A DNA stretch of 64,000 nucleotides. It comes from Flavobacteriales bacterium. GTDB taxonomy: Bacteria > Bacteroidota > Bacteroidia > DT-38. The translations under genes were made by a program, and so were the position numbers. The stretch covers positions 5,886-69,885 of the forward strand of contig JABSPQ010000095.1 of assembly GCA_013214205.1 (NCBI GenBank), in the 5' to 3' direction. The notes beneath the pieces are model-generated. The model had not been told where the DNA came from. It was given only the letters and a program-made list of their open reading frames with translations, and did not search any database. This document shows positions 1 through 11,182 of this stretch, piece by piece (positions within the stretch are counted from its first letter, which is position 1; each line of letters starts with the position of its first letter).

Positions 1-301
1 TGTTTACCAATCCCTCGGTATCCAATTTTAACTGGTAAGCATCAATGCCCTTATTAACAATTTCTTGAGCCTCTTGATAACCAACTGATTGCATTTGAGC
101 AACGTGATTTATCAGTAATCCATCGTTGGCTTTTAGCTTAATGTTAAAACTAAGTTGCTTTGTGGCTGGCTTAAATAAATCTTGGTTGGTTTGAATCGAA
201 GCACGCTTGTAATTGGCTATGATACCGCCAAAATCGGGAATTATTACGCAATCATTATCGTAAAGTAGATCGCCTACATATTTGCCTAACTCTATATTCA
301 T
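1..301 (-). CDS. HU-CCDC81-like N-terminal domain protein (probably a SPOR-domain cell-division-associated protein); partial, C-terminus outside window
   Basis: Reverse-strand ATG at 299-301. Translation MNIELGKYVGDLLYDNDCVIIPDFGGIIANYKRA... resembles the bacteroidete HU-CCDC81 N-terminal modules. The reading frame runs off the window start. Confidence 0.5.
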   Translation of the reverse strand, partial: MNIELGKYVGDLLYDNDCVIIPDFGGIIANYKRASIQTNQDLFKPATKQLSFNIKLKANDGLLINHVAQMQSVGYQEAQEIVNKGIDAYQLKLDTEGLVN

Positions 302-356
302 TGCTTGCTTTTGGTACTGCTAAGGTAAAGAATTTACACCGAGGAAATTGGCCTAT

Positions 357-1064
357 CTAGCTAAACTTATCAAGATCTTTTTGTGTGTCGATCCCTGCAG
401 ATTCGTAAGTGGTTATGGCAATGTTTATTGTATAATTATTGTCGAGCCATCTAAGTTGCTCCAATCGGTTTTCAATTTCCCGTTTAGATGGTTTTAAGGT
501 CACCAATTCTTTTAAAACAGATGATTTGTACCCATAAATTCCGATGTGTTTATAATAAACTTCTTGGCCGTTTACAGAATTAGAAACTGTTTCGCGGGTA
601 AAATTCAACGCTTCGTTTTGTCCGTTAAAAACAACTTTAGGAACATTCTCATTATCTATCTCCTCGGAATCCTCGGTTAACTTGATTAGTGTTCCAATTT
701 GAGAATTAGCATTTGAAATACATTGGGACAATTCGTCAATTTGCTCTGGGTGAATAAATGGTTCGTCTCCCTGAATATTAATTACGGCATCAAACTCCTC
801 ACCTACTTTAGTATAAGCCTCGTAACACCTATCTGTTCCGCTCGGATGATCCGTTGAAGTCATCACAACGTTGCCACCAAAAGAAATTACGTGGTCAAAA
901 ATCCGATCATCATCAGTAGCAACAACAACTTTACTAAGCGATTTTGATTTTTGAGCTTGCTCAAAAACCCGTTGAATCATCGATTTTCCTTGAATAATTT
1001 TCAAAGGTTTTCCAGGTAATCTGGTTGAACCGAAACGAGATGGAATAATGCCGATGATGTTCAT
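357..1064 (-). CDS. kdsB: 3-deoxy-manno-octulosonate cytidylyltransferase (CMP-KDO synthetase)
   Basis: 235 aa. N-terminus MNIIGIIPSRFGSTRLPGKPL and the IQGDEP motif are typical of the KdsB nucleotidyltransferase fold. Confidence 0.85.
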   Translation of the reverse strand: MNIIGIIPSRFGSTRLPGKPLKIIQGKSMIQRVFEQAQKSKSLSKVVVATDDDRIFDHVISFGGNVVMTSTDHPSGTDRCYEAYTKVGEEFDAVINIQGDEPFIHPEQIDELSQCISNANSQIGTLIKLTEDSEEIDNENVPKVVFNGQNEALNFTRETVSNSVNGQEVYYKHIGIYGYKSSVLKELVTLKPSKREIENRLEQLRWLDNNYTINIAITTYESAGIDTQKDLDKFS

Positions 1065-1137
1065 GTTGATAAAAAAGCGATTTTCAATACAAACAAATTT
1101 ACAACTTAATTACTTTTGTTATTCACAATTTCATCTC

Positions 1138-2247
1138 ATGGCTTCCATCGATTACCACAATCTTCTTTTTCAAATCCGACTAAATTTAATTCCCCGAATT
1201 GGATGTATTAACGCTAAAAAACTGGTATCGTATATAGGAAGTGTTGAAGCTATTTTTGAAGAAAAGAAAAAGGTCCTTCTAAAAATCCCTGGCATAGGAG
1301 AGCATACTGCCCAGTCCATCGTTTCTTCCAAAAACATAGCGAGAGCGGAGCAAGAAATTGAATTTGTTTCGAAAAATAAAATTCAACCTCTCTTTTATTT
1401 AAATGATGACTATCCTGCCAGACTAAAATATTGCGAGGATGGCCCATTGTTAATTTACTGCAAGGGAAATATGAATTTGAACCACACAAAAGTGGTGAGC
1501 ATTGTTGGTACAAGAAACGCAACTGATTATGGTAAAAAAGTTTGTCAGGAATTAATTGAAGGGCTCGGACGACACGATTGCTTGGTTGTTAGCGGGCTGG
1601 CATACGGAATTGACATTTGTGCGCACATGGCAGCTCTAAATAATAAGGTTTCTACTGTTGGCGTTGTAGCTCACGGACTCGACCGAATTTATCCTCGAAT
1701 TCACGAAAACGTTGCCGACAAAATGTTAGAACAAGGTGGATTGATTACCGAGTTTATGAGCGAAACTAATCCCGATAGGGAGAATTTCCCGAAGAGAAAT
1801 CGGATTATTGCCGGTTTGGCCGATGCCGTTATCGTTATAGAATCTGGCCCGAGAGGAGGTTCGTTAATTACTGCAGATATAGCAAATTCATATGATCGAG
1901 AAGTGCTGGCCTATCCTGGGAAAAGCACAGATAAAATGTCAACTGGATGTAACTGGCTGATAAAGAGAAGCCTAGCTGCCTCGATGGAAAACATAGCCGA
2001 TTTAGAACTATTAATGCAATGGGAAAAAGAATCGAAAAAGGTAAAACCAAAGCCCAGGATTAACGTAAAGCTATCTGAAGAAGAGAGAGTTCTTGTTGAT
2101 CTAATCAAAGAAAAAGGCAAATATCACATCGACGAATTAACCATTGATAGCAAAATTGCAATGAACAAAACATCGGCGCTATTAATCAATTTGGAGTTTT
2201 CGGGAGTTGTAAAATCGCTACCAGGGCGCATGTATGTTTTAAATTAA
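1138..2247 (+). CDS. dprA: DNA processing protein DprA (Rossmann-fold DNA-protecting protein)
   Basis: The ORF opens at 1048 but overlaps kdsB. The ATG at 1138 (MASIDY...) is the more plausible start. The DprA core shows LVVSGLAYGIDICAH and GGSLITA motifs. Confidence 0.8.
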   Translation: MASIDYHNLLFQIRLNLIPRIGCINAKKLVSYIGSVEAIFEEKKKVLLKIPGIGEHTAQSIVSSKNIARAEQEIEFVSKNKIQPLFYLNDDYPARLKYCEDGPLLIYCKGNMNLNHTKVVSIVGTRNATDYGKKVCQELIEGLGRHDCLVVSGLAYGIDICAHMAALNNKVSTVGVVAHGLDRIYPRIHENVADKMLEQGGLITEFMSETNPDRENFPKRNRIIAGLADAVIVIESGPRGGSLITADIANSYDREVLAYPGKSTDKMSTGCNWLIKRSLAASMENIADLELLMQWEKESKKVKPKPRINVKLSEEERVLVDLIKEKGKYHIDELTIDSKIAMNKTSALLINLEFSGVVKSLPGRMYVLN

Positions 2248-2351
2248 TTGAACCGCATTTTACAAAATGCTTAACGATTCAATTTCAACAATCTAACAAT
2301 CGCTTTATTTTTGACAATTTAACTTTTGAATTAAAATTTTTCTATTTTTAA

Positions 2352-3773
<1,422 letters not shown>

Positions 3774-3829
3774 ACCTTGTTTTACTACATTTGCCGCAAA
3801 TATTTTACAACAACATATACTATATATAG

Positions 3830-5026
3830 ATGTACGGAAAATTTCAAAGTTTCCTTAAGAAGGAACTTGCGGCAATTGAAGAAGCAGGTTTATACAAAAC
3901 CGAAAGAATAATTACCACTCCACAAGGAGCCGATATAAAAGTTAGTACCGGCGAAGAAGTAATTAACTTTTGCGCAAACAACTATTTAGGCCTATCATCG
4001 CATCCTAAATTAGTGGAAGCAGCTAAAAACACTTTAGATGCTCAAGGCTATGGAATGTCGTCTGTTAGATTTATCTGTGGAACTCAAAGCATACATAAAG
4101 AACTAGAAGAAAAAATAGCCAACTTCTTAGGAACCGAAGACACTATATTATATGCTGCTTGTTTTGATGCCAATGGCGGTGTATTCGAAACATTGTTAGG
4201 AGCCGACGATGCTATTATCTCCGATGAATTAAATCATGCCTCTATTATAGATGGTGTACGATTGTGTAAAGCTCAACGGTTCCGATATAAAAATTCGGAT
4301 ATGGCTGATTTGGAAAAACAACTTCAGGCAGCACAAGGACAAAGACATCGTTTAATTGTTACCGATGGCGTTTTCTCTATGGATGGCTACATTGCCAAAC
4401 TTGGAGAGATTTGCGATTTAGCAGAAAAGCATGACGCTTTGGTGATGGTAGACGATAGCCATTCTACAGGTTTTATGGGTGCTACAGGAAAAGGCACGCA
4501 CGAACATTGCGATGTAATGGGCCGAATCGACATCATTACTTCTACCATGGGCAAGGCTTTAGGTGGTGCTATGGGAGGTTTTACTTCTGGTAGAAAAGAG
4601 ATAATAGATATGTTGAGACAAAGATCTAGACCATATCTTTTTTCTAATTCACTGGCACCTTCCATCGTTGGAGGTACTATAGAAGTACTTAACTTATTAA
4701 GCGAATCGACCGAATTAAGAGACAAACTAGAGAAAAACACTGCTTACTTTAGAGAAAAAATGACCGAAGCAGGTTTCGATATTAGAGAAGGCATACATCC
4801 GATTGTACCAATAATGCTCTACGATGCTAAAGTTGCTCAAAAGTTTGCAAGCGAATTATTAAAAGAAGGAATTTACGTTATTGGATTCTTTTTTCCAGTC
4901 GTTCCCAAAGACTTAGCTCGAATAAGAGTACAGATTTCAGCAGGCCACGAACAGTCGCATTTAGACAAAGCAATTGCTGCTTTCACTAAGGTTGGAACAG
5001 AATTAGAAGTTATCAACAAAAAGTAG
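3830..5026 (+). CDS. kbl: glycine C-acetyltransferase (2-amino-3-ketobutyrate CoA ligase), PLP-dependent
   Basis: 398 aa of the class II aminotransferase family. Shows ANNYLGL, a DDSHSTG-like PLP region and a TMGKALGG lysine loop. Confidence 0.85.
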   Translation: MYGKFQSFLKKELAAIEEAGLYKTERIITTPQGADIKVSTGEEVINFCANNYLGLSSHPKLVEAAKNTLDAQGYGMSSVRFICGTQSIHKELEEKIANFLGTEDTILYAACFDANGGVFETLLGADDAIISDELNHASIIDGVRLCKAQRFRYKNSDMADLEKQLQAAQGQRHRLIVTDGVFSMDGYIAKLGEICDLAEKHDALVMVDDSHSTGFMGATGKGTHEHCDVMGRIDIITSTMGKALGGAMGGFTSGRKEIIDMLRQRSRPYLFSNSLAPSIVGGTIEVLNLLSESTELRDKLEKNTAYFREKMTEAGFDIREGIHPIVPIMLYDAKVAQKFASELLKEGIYVIGFFFPVVPKDLARIRVQISAGHEQSHLDKAIAAFTKVGTELEVINKK

Positions 5027-5131
5027 CCCTAATTGTTGGTGCATTCCAAAAATTAGTTCTACCTTCGCCGTCCCTTTAAAAAAAGGGGGTTTTCAAGCCT
5101 CAATTGAGGCTTAACAGATACGTTCAGAAAG

Positions 5132-5587
5132 ATGGGTAACATAAGTTATAAAACAATATCAGCTAATAAGGCAACTACCAATAGAGAATGGTTGCTAATT
5201 GATGCTGAAAACGAAGTGCTTGGAAGATTAGCTTCTAAGGTAGCGAACTTAATTAGAGGTAAGCATAAAACTAATTACACCCCGCATGTTGCATGTGGAG
5301 ATAAGGTTGTAATTATAAATGCAGACAAAATAAAACTTACAGGCAACAAGTGGTCTGACAAGATCTATATGAAGCATACGGGTTATCCAGGTGGTCAAAG
5401 AACCATAACAGCTGAAAAGTTGATGGAAAGAAATCCTATTACTATGGTTGAAAAAGCCGTAAAAGGAATGCTTCCTAAAAACATATTAGGTGCAGAATTA
5501 TATAGACAACTTTATGTTTATGCTGGTCCAGACCACAAACAAGAAGCACGTCAGCCCAGAAAAGTAGAATTAAATTCAATTAGATAG
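5132..5587 (+). CDS. rplM: 50S ribosomal protein L13
   Basis: 151 aa. Contains WLLIDAENEVLGRLAS..IRGKHK, a typical L13 sequence. Confidence 0.9.
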   Translation: MGNISYKTISANKATTNREWLLIDAENEVLGRLASKVANLIRGKHKTNYTPHVACGDKVVIINADKIKLTGNKWSDKIYMKHTGYPGGQRTITAEKLMERNPITMVEKAVKGMLPKNILGAELYRQLYVYAGPDHKQEARQPRKVELNSIR

Positions 5588-5588
5588 C

Positions 5589-5975
5589 ATGGAATCAGTT
5601 AATGCATTAGGCAGAAGAAAAACTTCAGTTGCTAGAGTTTACGTAGCTCCAGGAAAAGGCAAGATTACTGTCAACAAAAAAGATTTAAAAGTTTATTTCC
5701 CAACACAAATTTTACAAAACAAAGTTAGTCTTCCCCTTACGGTGACAGAACTGGCTAAGAAGTATGATGTAAAAGTCAACGTAAAAGGCGGTGGAACAAA
5801 CGGGCAAGCAGAAGCTATTCAATTAGGTATTGCTAGAGCACTTTGTAAAATAGACGAAGAACACAAACCTAGCATGAAAGCTGATAGACTATTGAAGAGA
5901 GATCCGAGAATGGTTGAAAGAAAGAAACCAGGTAGAAGAAAAGCAAGGAAAAAATCTCAATTTAGTAAGCGTTAA
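5589..5975 (+). CDS. rpsI: 30S ribosomal protein S9
   Basis: 128 aa with a GRRK..ARV start and a basic C-terminus ...RRKARKKSQFSKR. It lies 2 nt after rplM. Confidence 0.9.
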   Translation: MESVNALGRRKTSVARVYVAPGKGKITVNKKDLKVYFPTQILQNKVSLPLTVTELAKKYDVKVNVKGGGTNGQAEAIQLGIARALCKIDEEHKPSMKADRLLKRDPRMVERKKPGRRKARKKSQFSKR

Positions 5976-5994
5976 GCACTTTTTTAAAGGAAGT

Positions 5995-6990
5995 ATGGCA
6001 AGAACAAATTATAAAGAACTACTTGAAGCAGGTGTACATTTTGGTCACCTTAAGAGAAAGTGGAATCCAAAAATGTCTCCGTACATTTTCATGGAAAGAA
6101 AAGGTATTCACATTATCGACCTAAACAAAACGGTCGCTAAACTTGAAGAAGCATGTGCTGCATTAAAGCAAATTGCTAAATCAGGGAAAAAAGTACTTTT
6201 CGTTGCAACTAAGAAACAAGCTAAAGACATCATCTCTGAAAAGATCGGTGCTGTTAACATGCCTTTCGTAACAGAAAGATGGCCTGGTGGAATGCTAACT
6301 AACTTTTCTACTATTAGAAAAGCAATTAGAAAAATGGCATCTATCGATAAAATGGTTGATGAAGAAAGCTTCAAAAACATTTCTAAGAAAGAAAGATTGA
6401 TGATCATTCGTCAGAGAGCAAAACTTGAAAAAGATTTCGGTAGCATTACTGGTCTTACAAGATTGCCAGCTGCAATTTTTATTGTTGATATTACTAAAGA
6501 GCACATTGCTTTAGCAGAAGCTAAAAAATTGAACTTGGTAACATTTGCTTTCACCGATACTAATAGTGATCCATCTACTGTTGATTTCGCTATCCCTTCA
6601 AACGACGATTCTACAAAATCAATTACTAAAATTATTGATATTGTTGCTGAAGCGATTAGAGAAGGATTAGCTGAAAGAAGTGTAGAAAAGGAAAGTGGAT
6701 CTACTGAAAGACCTAGAAAAATTGAGGCTAAGAAAGTAGTTCAAAAAACTAAATCGACACCTGATAAAGAAGCTAAATCGGATGATGCTCCTAAATCAGA
6801 AGCAAAAACTGACGCTGCTCCAGCAAAGGAAGCAAAAGCTGAAGACAAGCCTGTTGCTAAGAAGGAAGAAGCTCCTGCAAAGAAAGAAGCTGAAAAGCCA
6901 GCTGCTAAGGCTAAAGACGACGCTCCAAAAGCCGAAGCTGCTCCTAAAGCAGAGAAGAAAGACGATTCAAAGGAAGAAACTAAGGCTTAA
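5995..6990 (+). CDS. rpsB: 30S ribosomal protein S2 with a ~90-aa Lys/Ala/Glu/Pro-rich C-terminal extension
   Basis: ATG at 5995 (MARTNYKELLEAGVHFGH...). The ORF opens further upstream at 5914 but overlaps rpsI. It has the S2 core plus a low-complexity tail. Confidence 0.9.
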   Translation: MARTNYKELLEAGVHFGHLKRKWNPKMSPYIFMERKGIHIIDLNKTVAKLEEACAALKQIAKSGKKVLFVATKKQAKDIISEKIGAVNMPFVTERWPGGMLTNFSTIRKAIRKMASIDKMVDEESFKNISKKERLMIIRQRAKLEKDFGSITGLTRLPAAIFIVDITKEHIALAEAKKLNLVTFAFTDTNSDPSTVDFAIPSNDDSTKSITKIIDIVAEAIREGLAERSVEKESGSTERPRKIEAKKVVQKTKSTPDKEAKSDDAPKSEAKTDAAPAKEAKAEDKPVAKKEEAPAKKEAEKPAAKAKDDAPKAEAAPKAEKKDDSKEETKA

Positions 6991-7022
6991 TCCGAAGCCT
7001 TCACATTTTAAAATATTAGAAC

Positions 7023-7853
7023 ATGGCGATTACAGCAAGTCAAGTTAACAAGTTAAGACAAAAGTCTGGCGCAGGAATGATGGATTGTAAAAAAGCATTA
7101 GTGGAAGCTGATGGCGATTTTGAAAAAGCAATTGATCTATTGAGAAAAACAGGCCAAAAAATGGCTGCGAAAAGAGGAGATAAAGACGCTAAAGAAGGTT
7201 TAGTATTAGCTAAAACTAACGATGACAACACTGCTGGTGTTATTTTAGTTCTTAACTGTGAAACTGATTTTGTTGCTAAAAACGAAAACTTTGTTTCTTT
7301 CGCTGACGAAATTTTAAACACAGCTGTAGCAAACGCATCAAAAACTGCTGAAGAATTATTAGCAAGTAATGTTACCGGAAAAGATCAATCAGTTGCTGAT
7401 AGAATTACTGAAGAGATTGGAAAAAACGGTGAGAAAATTCAGGTTTCTGAATATCAGTTAATAGAATCTCCAAGCGTTACTGCTTATAACCACCCAGGAA
7501 ACAGAATTGCTTCTATCGTTGCACTTAGTAATGGTGGTGATTTTGCAGAAGCTGGTAGAGACGTAGCAATGCAAATTGCAGCAATGTCTCCTATAGCGGT
7601 TAACAAAGAAGGTGTTGATCAAGCAACTATCGACAGAGAAATTGAAGTTGGTAAAGAACAAGCAAGAGAATCTGGTAAGCCAGAAGAAATGCTTGAAAAA
7701 ATTGCAATGGGTAAACTTAACAAGTTCTTTAAGGAAAGCACATTAACAGAGCAAGCGTTTATAAAAGATAATAAGAAGTCCGTTGGACAATATCTCGATG
7801 GTATTAAGTCAGGACTGACAGTCAATTCTTTTAAAAGAATGGCTTTAGATTAA
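7023..7853 (+). CDS. tsf: elongation factor Ts
   Basis: Opens [26 protein letters not shown], the EF-Ts UBA-like N-terminus. It follows rpsB as in the canonical operon. Confidence 0.9.
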   Translation: MAITASQVNKLRQKSGAGMMDCKKALVEADGDFEKAIDLLRKTGQKMAAKRGDKDAKEGLVLAKTNDDNTAGVILVLNCETDFVAKNENFVSFADEILNTAVANASKTAEELLASNVTGKDQSVADRITEEIGKNGEKIQVSEYQLIESPSVTAYNHPGNRIASIVALSNGGDFAEAGRDVAMQIAAMSPIAVNKEGVDQATIDREIEVGKEQARESGKPEEMLEKIAMGKLNKFFKESTLTEQAFIKDNKKSVGQYLDGIKSGLTVNSFKRMALD

Positions 7854-7860
7854 TAATTAA

Positions 7861-7890
7861 AAGAGAGAATTTATTCTCTCTTTTTTTTTG
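7861..7890 (+). terminator. Rho-independent terminator after tsf
   Basis: Inverted repeat aagagagaat/attctctctt followed by a 9-T run, directly downstream of the tsf stop. Confidence 0.7.
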
Positions 7891-7906
7891 TCATAACTTT
7901 AGCAGC

Positions 7907-8614
7907 ATGAAATATAAAAGGATTCTTCTCAAGCTGAGTGGAGAGGCACTCATGGGCGATCAGCAATTCGGGATCGACAACAACAAGTTAAAATTATACG
8001 CTACAGAAATTAAGAGTGTAGTAGATCAAGGTTTAGAAGTTGCTATTGTAATAGGCGGTGGAAACATTTTCCGTGGTGTGCAAGCCGAAGAAGGTGGCAT
8101 GGAAAGAACCCAAGGTGATTATATGGGTATGTTGGCTACTATGATCAATAGCATGGCCCTACAAAGTTCTTTAGAAGCCTTAGGTGTAAAAACCAGATTA
8201 CTATCAGCCATAAAAATGGAGCAAATTGCTGAGCCTTTTATTAAACGAAGAGCAGTTAGGCATTTAGAAAAAGGACGTGTAGTTATTTTCGGTTGCGGTA
8301 CAGGCAATCCATATTTTACTACAGATACGGCAGCTAGTTTAAGAGCAATTGAGATTGAAGCCGACATTATTTTAAAAGGAACGAAAGTAGACGGAATCTA
8401 TACGGCAGATCCTGTAAAAGACCCTAGTGCTACTAAATACGAGAAAATAAGTTTTCAAGAAGTTTACGAAAAAGGACTAAACGTTATGGATATGACGTCT
8501 TTCACCTTGTGTAAAGAAAATAATCTTCCTATTATTGTTTTTGATATCAATATACCCGGCAACTTAAACAGACTTGTGAGTGGTGAAAAAATTGGTACTA
8601 TAGTTGAAGTTTAA
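7907..8614 (+). CDS. pyrH: UMP kinase
   Basis: Starts [12 protein letters not shown] and carries the [11 protein letters not shown] motif. Confidence 0.9.
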   Translation: MKYKRILLKLSGEALMGDQQFGIDNNKLKLYATEIKSVVDQGLEVAIVIGGGNIFRGVQAEEGGMERTQGDYMGMLATMINSMALQSSLEALGVKTRLLSAIKMEQIAEPFIKRRAVRHLEKGRVVIFGCGTGNPYFTTDTAASLRAIEIEADIILKGTKVDGIYTADPVKDPSATKYEKISFQEVYEKGLNVMDMTSFTLCKENNLPIIVFDINIPGNLNRLVSGEKIGTIVEV

Positions 8615-8625
8615 ATAATTACATT

Positions 8626-9189
8626 TTGGAGGAAGAATTAGAATTTATATTTGAAGAGGTAAAGGAGCAAATGGATAATTCCATGGCCAGTTTAGAAAAA
8701 GATTTATCGAGAATTCGCGCTGGTAAAGCAACACCTTCAATGTTAGACAGTGTTATAGTTGAATACTATGGCGCAAATACTCCACTACAACAAGTTGCCA
8801 ATGTAAATACGCCTGATGGTAGAACAATTACGGTTCAACCGTGGGAAAAGGAAATGCTTGAACCTATTGAAAAAGGAATTCTACACGCCAATATAGGATT
8901 GAATCCACAGAACAACGGAGAAATCATTATAATTAGCGTTCCAATGCTTACAGAAGAGCGTAGGATAGACCTAGTAAAGCAAAGCAAAGCAGAAGGTGAA
9001 AATGCCAAAGTGAGCATTAGAAACGCTCGACAAGACGCCAATTCTTCAATCAAGAAATTAAAGGCAGATGGTTTATCTGAAGACAGCGTTAAAGATTCAG
9101 AAGATCAAGTTCAAGCGCTAACCGATACGTACACTAAAAAATGTGATTCGTATGTTGCCCTTAAAGAAACTGATATAATGACTGTTTAG
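8626..9189 (+). CDS. frr: ribosome recycling factor
   Basis: 187 aa. The Frr signature ...LSRIRAGKATPSMLD... is present. The ORF begins with a TTG codon. Confidence 0.85.
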   Translation: MEEELEFIFEEVKEQMDNSMASLEKDLSRIRAGKATPSMLDSVIVEYYGANTPLQQVANVNTPDGRTITVQPWEKEMLEPIEKGILHANIGLNPQNNGEIIIISVPMLTEERRIDLVKQSKAEGENAKVSIRNARQDANSSIKKLKADGLSEDSVKDSEDQVQALTDTYTKKCDSYVALKETDIMTV

Positions 9190-9198
9190 TCGTTTATG

Positions 9199-9879
9199 TT
9201 AGGCTAAAAGAGATTCAAACAACAATTTCACGTCTACATTTAACAGATTAAGATCTGCTGCACGCTCAGGATGTGGCATCATTCCAAAAACATTTTTGCC
9301 TTTGTTACAAACGCCAGCAATGTTTTCTAAAGAACCATTTGGATTGGCCTCCGCGCTAACTTTGCCGTCTATATTACAATATTTGAATAAGATTTGGTCG
9401 TTGCTTTTTAACTGAGCTAGTCCTTCTTCGTTGATAAAATATCTTCCTTCACCATGCGCAATAGGAATCTTTAAAGGCTCCTCAGGATCAACATTACCTG
9501 TTAGCAAACATTCTTCGTTTACCACTTGTAGGTGAACATTTTTGCAAATAAACTTCTGGTTGTCGTTGTGGAGTAGAGTACCTGGAAGTAAACCTGCTTC
9601 GCAAAGCACTTGAAAACCGTTACAAACACCCATTAAATATCCACCGTTGTTGGCATGTTCGATTACAGATTTCATAATTGGCGAAAAACGTGCTATCGCA
9701 CCCGATCTTAAATAATCGCCGTAGGAAAACCCACCAGGCAAAACAATAAAATCACACCCTTTCAAATCTTCATCTTTGTGCCAAAGACGTTCAGTTTCCT
9801 GACCCATAATGGTTTCAAGTACATAAATCATGTCTTGATCGCAGTTAGACCCAGGAAATATTACAACTCCAAATTTCAT
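9199..9879 (-). CDS. purQ: phosphoribosylformylglycinamidine synthase subunit PurQ (glutaminase)
   Basis: 226 aa class I glutamine amidotransferase. Contains [14 protein letters not shown] and a GVCNGFQ catalytic Cys region. Confidence 0.85.
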   Translation of the reverse strand: MKFGVVIFPGSNCDQDMIYVLETIMGQETERLWHKDEDLKGCDFIVLPGGFSYGDYLRSGAIARFSPIMKSVIEHANNGGYLMGVCNGFQVLCEAGLLPGTLLHNDNQKFICKNVHLQVVNEECLLTGNVDPEEPLKIPIAHGEGRYFINEEGLAQLKSNDQILFKYCNIDGKVSAEANPNGSLENIAGVCNKGKNVFGMMPHPERAADLNLLNVDVKLLFESLLA

Positions 9880-9917
9880 ATGACAAATGTATATTTTAAA
9901 CTGTAAAATGACATCAA

Positions 9918-10895
9918 TTATATTTCAGAAATATGATTATATATCAACGTTCCTATTAACAATACAAAAACAAATTCTGCCAACCACCTTTTCTTGGTGA
10001 ATAGGAAGTAATTGGTAAAGTAAATTGACAATGGAATTGCTAAAAACAGAAAGTATTCCACCGAGTAAGACTGTGTAAGTAAAAAGGAAAGAGCCGAAAA
10101 AGCGAAGAAACTAATTAGTACGCTTAATATTCTTTTTGTTTGGATACTACTGTTTGCAATTCCTCTGTAAAGCTTTTTGAAGGACAAAAATGTGAGTAGA
10201 AATAATAAAAATAAAGGCACGTAATAGCGAGAATCGAACATTTGAAAACTCTGCCTGTCTATTATTGGGTTAAAAACTTTGTCGGTCCAATAATTTTCGG
10301 TTCCATCTATCCAAAAATAATATACAAATGCGAAAGTGTGTGGGAGAGCTATTCCAACAATCGTGATTAATTTCTCCCTTAAACCGCTTCTCGATATAAA
10401 AAACAAACAACAAAAAATGAACAAAGAAAAAATGATTGCCGGAAAATAAATTAACGATGCGATACCCACCAGCACGCTCGCATCAAAAACATTTGAAAAG
10501 TATTTCTCTTCATTGTCTATTTTAAACATCTTACCCAATGCCAAAATCAAGATTAAATTGGCGATTAAAACGGGGTTTAAATAGAGCATTGAAGGGAAAC
10601 TGCTCATTAAAACAACATAAAGTAACGAAGGCAGGTAAGAATTTTTACTGTACACATTCCTCGACATCACTATTCTGTTGAGTAACAATGCCTCTATAAA
10701 GATTAAAATAATCGCTAATATTTTCGACAAATAGGAATACCCTAACATATTACGAATCAGTTCGTACAAGGGCATATCAACAGATTCGGTAACTGCCTCA
10801 ATGTCTATGAATGCGAAGCACCAAAAACCGAGCAATACTATTGGTAAAACGAAAATCGCTCTTGGGTGGTCGGACTTAAAAAAATCAATTATCAT
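9918..10895 (-). CDS. polytopic inner-membrane protein of unknown function
   Basis: 325 aa with at least 8 hydrophobic helices and no recognisable catalytic motif. Confidence 0.5.
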   Translation of the reverse strand: MIIDFFKSDHPRAIFVLPIVLLGFWCFAFIDIEAVTESVDMPLYELIRNMLGYSYLSKILAIILIFIEALLLNRIVMSRNVYSKNSYLPSLLYVVLMSSFPSMLYLNPVLIANLILILALGKMFKIDNEEKYFSNVFDASVLVGIASLIYFPAIIFSLFIFCCLFFISRSGLREKLITIVGIALPHTFAFVYYFWIDGTENYWTDKVFNPIIDRQSFQMFDSRYYVPLFLLFLLTFLSFKKLYRGIANSSIQTKRILSVLISFFAFSALSFLLTQSYSVEYFLFLAIPLSIYFTNYFLFTKKRWLAEFVFVLLIGTLIYNHISEI

Positions 10896-10953
10896 AACAG
10901 TTTTGTAGAGATAATATTTATTTTTATACTCAAATTACTATAACAACAATTTT

Positions 10954-11142
10954 ATGAGCTTGTTTACTGAAATAATGAATGCAACAGGAGATGGTATTGA
11001 AGCATCTTTCGCACCAATCGAAATGCTAGGAAATGCACCTAACGTTTTATTCGTTGTAACCACTTTCCTTTTAATTGTAATGTGGGCGTTTATTATGGTT
11101 AAATACAGAAAGGAAGCTGCAGAAAATAACACGATAGAGTAG
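10954..11142 (+). CDS. possible small single-pass membrane protein
   Basis: 62 aa with one strong hydrophobic helix (VLFVVTTFLLIVMWAFIMV) followed by KYRKE. It lies between a membrane-protein gene and purD. A competing antisense ORF makes this uncertain. Confidence 0.3.
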   Translation: MSLFTEIMNATGDGIEASFAPIEMLGNAPNVLFVVTTFLLIVMWAFIMVKYRKEAAENNTIE

Positions 11143-11182
11143 CTGGGTAAAACACTGCTACTATTTTTTCTATTGCCCATTC

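Noticed and set aside
4387-4740. 117-aa antisense ORF inside kbl, plus similar antisense ORFs inside gdhA, lepA, dxs and the RND permease.
   Set aside because: All lie wholly within strongly supported genes on the opposite strand and have no conserved motifs. They are typical spurious long antisense frames in AT-rich DNA.
6782-7048. 88-aa Lys/Leu/Gln-rich plus-strand ORF.
   Set aside because: It is an alternate-frame read-through of the low-complexity GAA/AAG-rich tail of rpsB and overlaps the tsf start. There is no independent evidence for it.
8626-8628. TTG start codon of frr as a possible mis-annotation.
   Set aside because: Alignment with Frr N-termini places the start upstream of the first in-frame ATG (MDNSM...). 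The TTG with an upstream GGAGG-like element is the best fit, and it is unremarkable.
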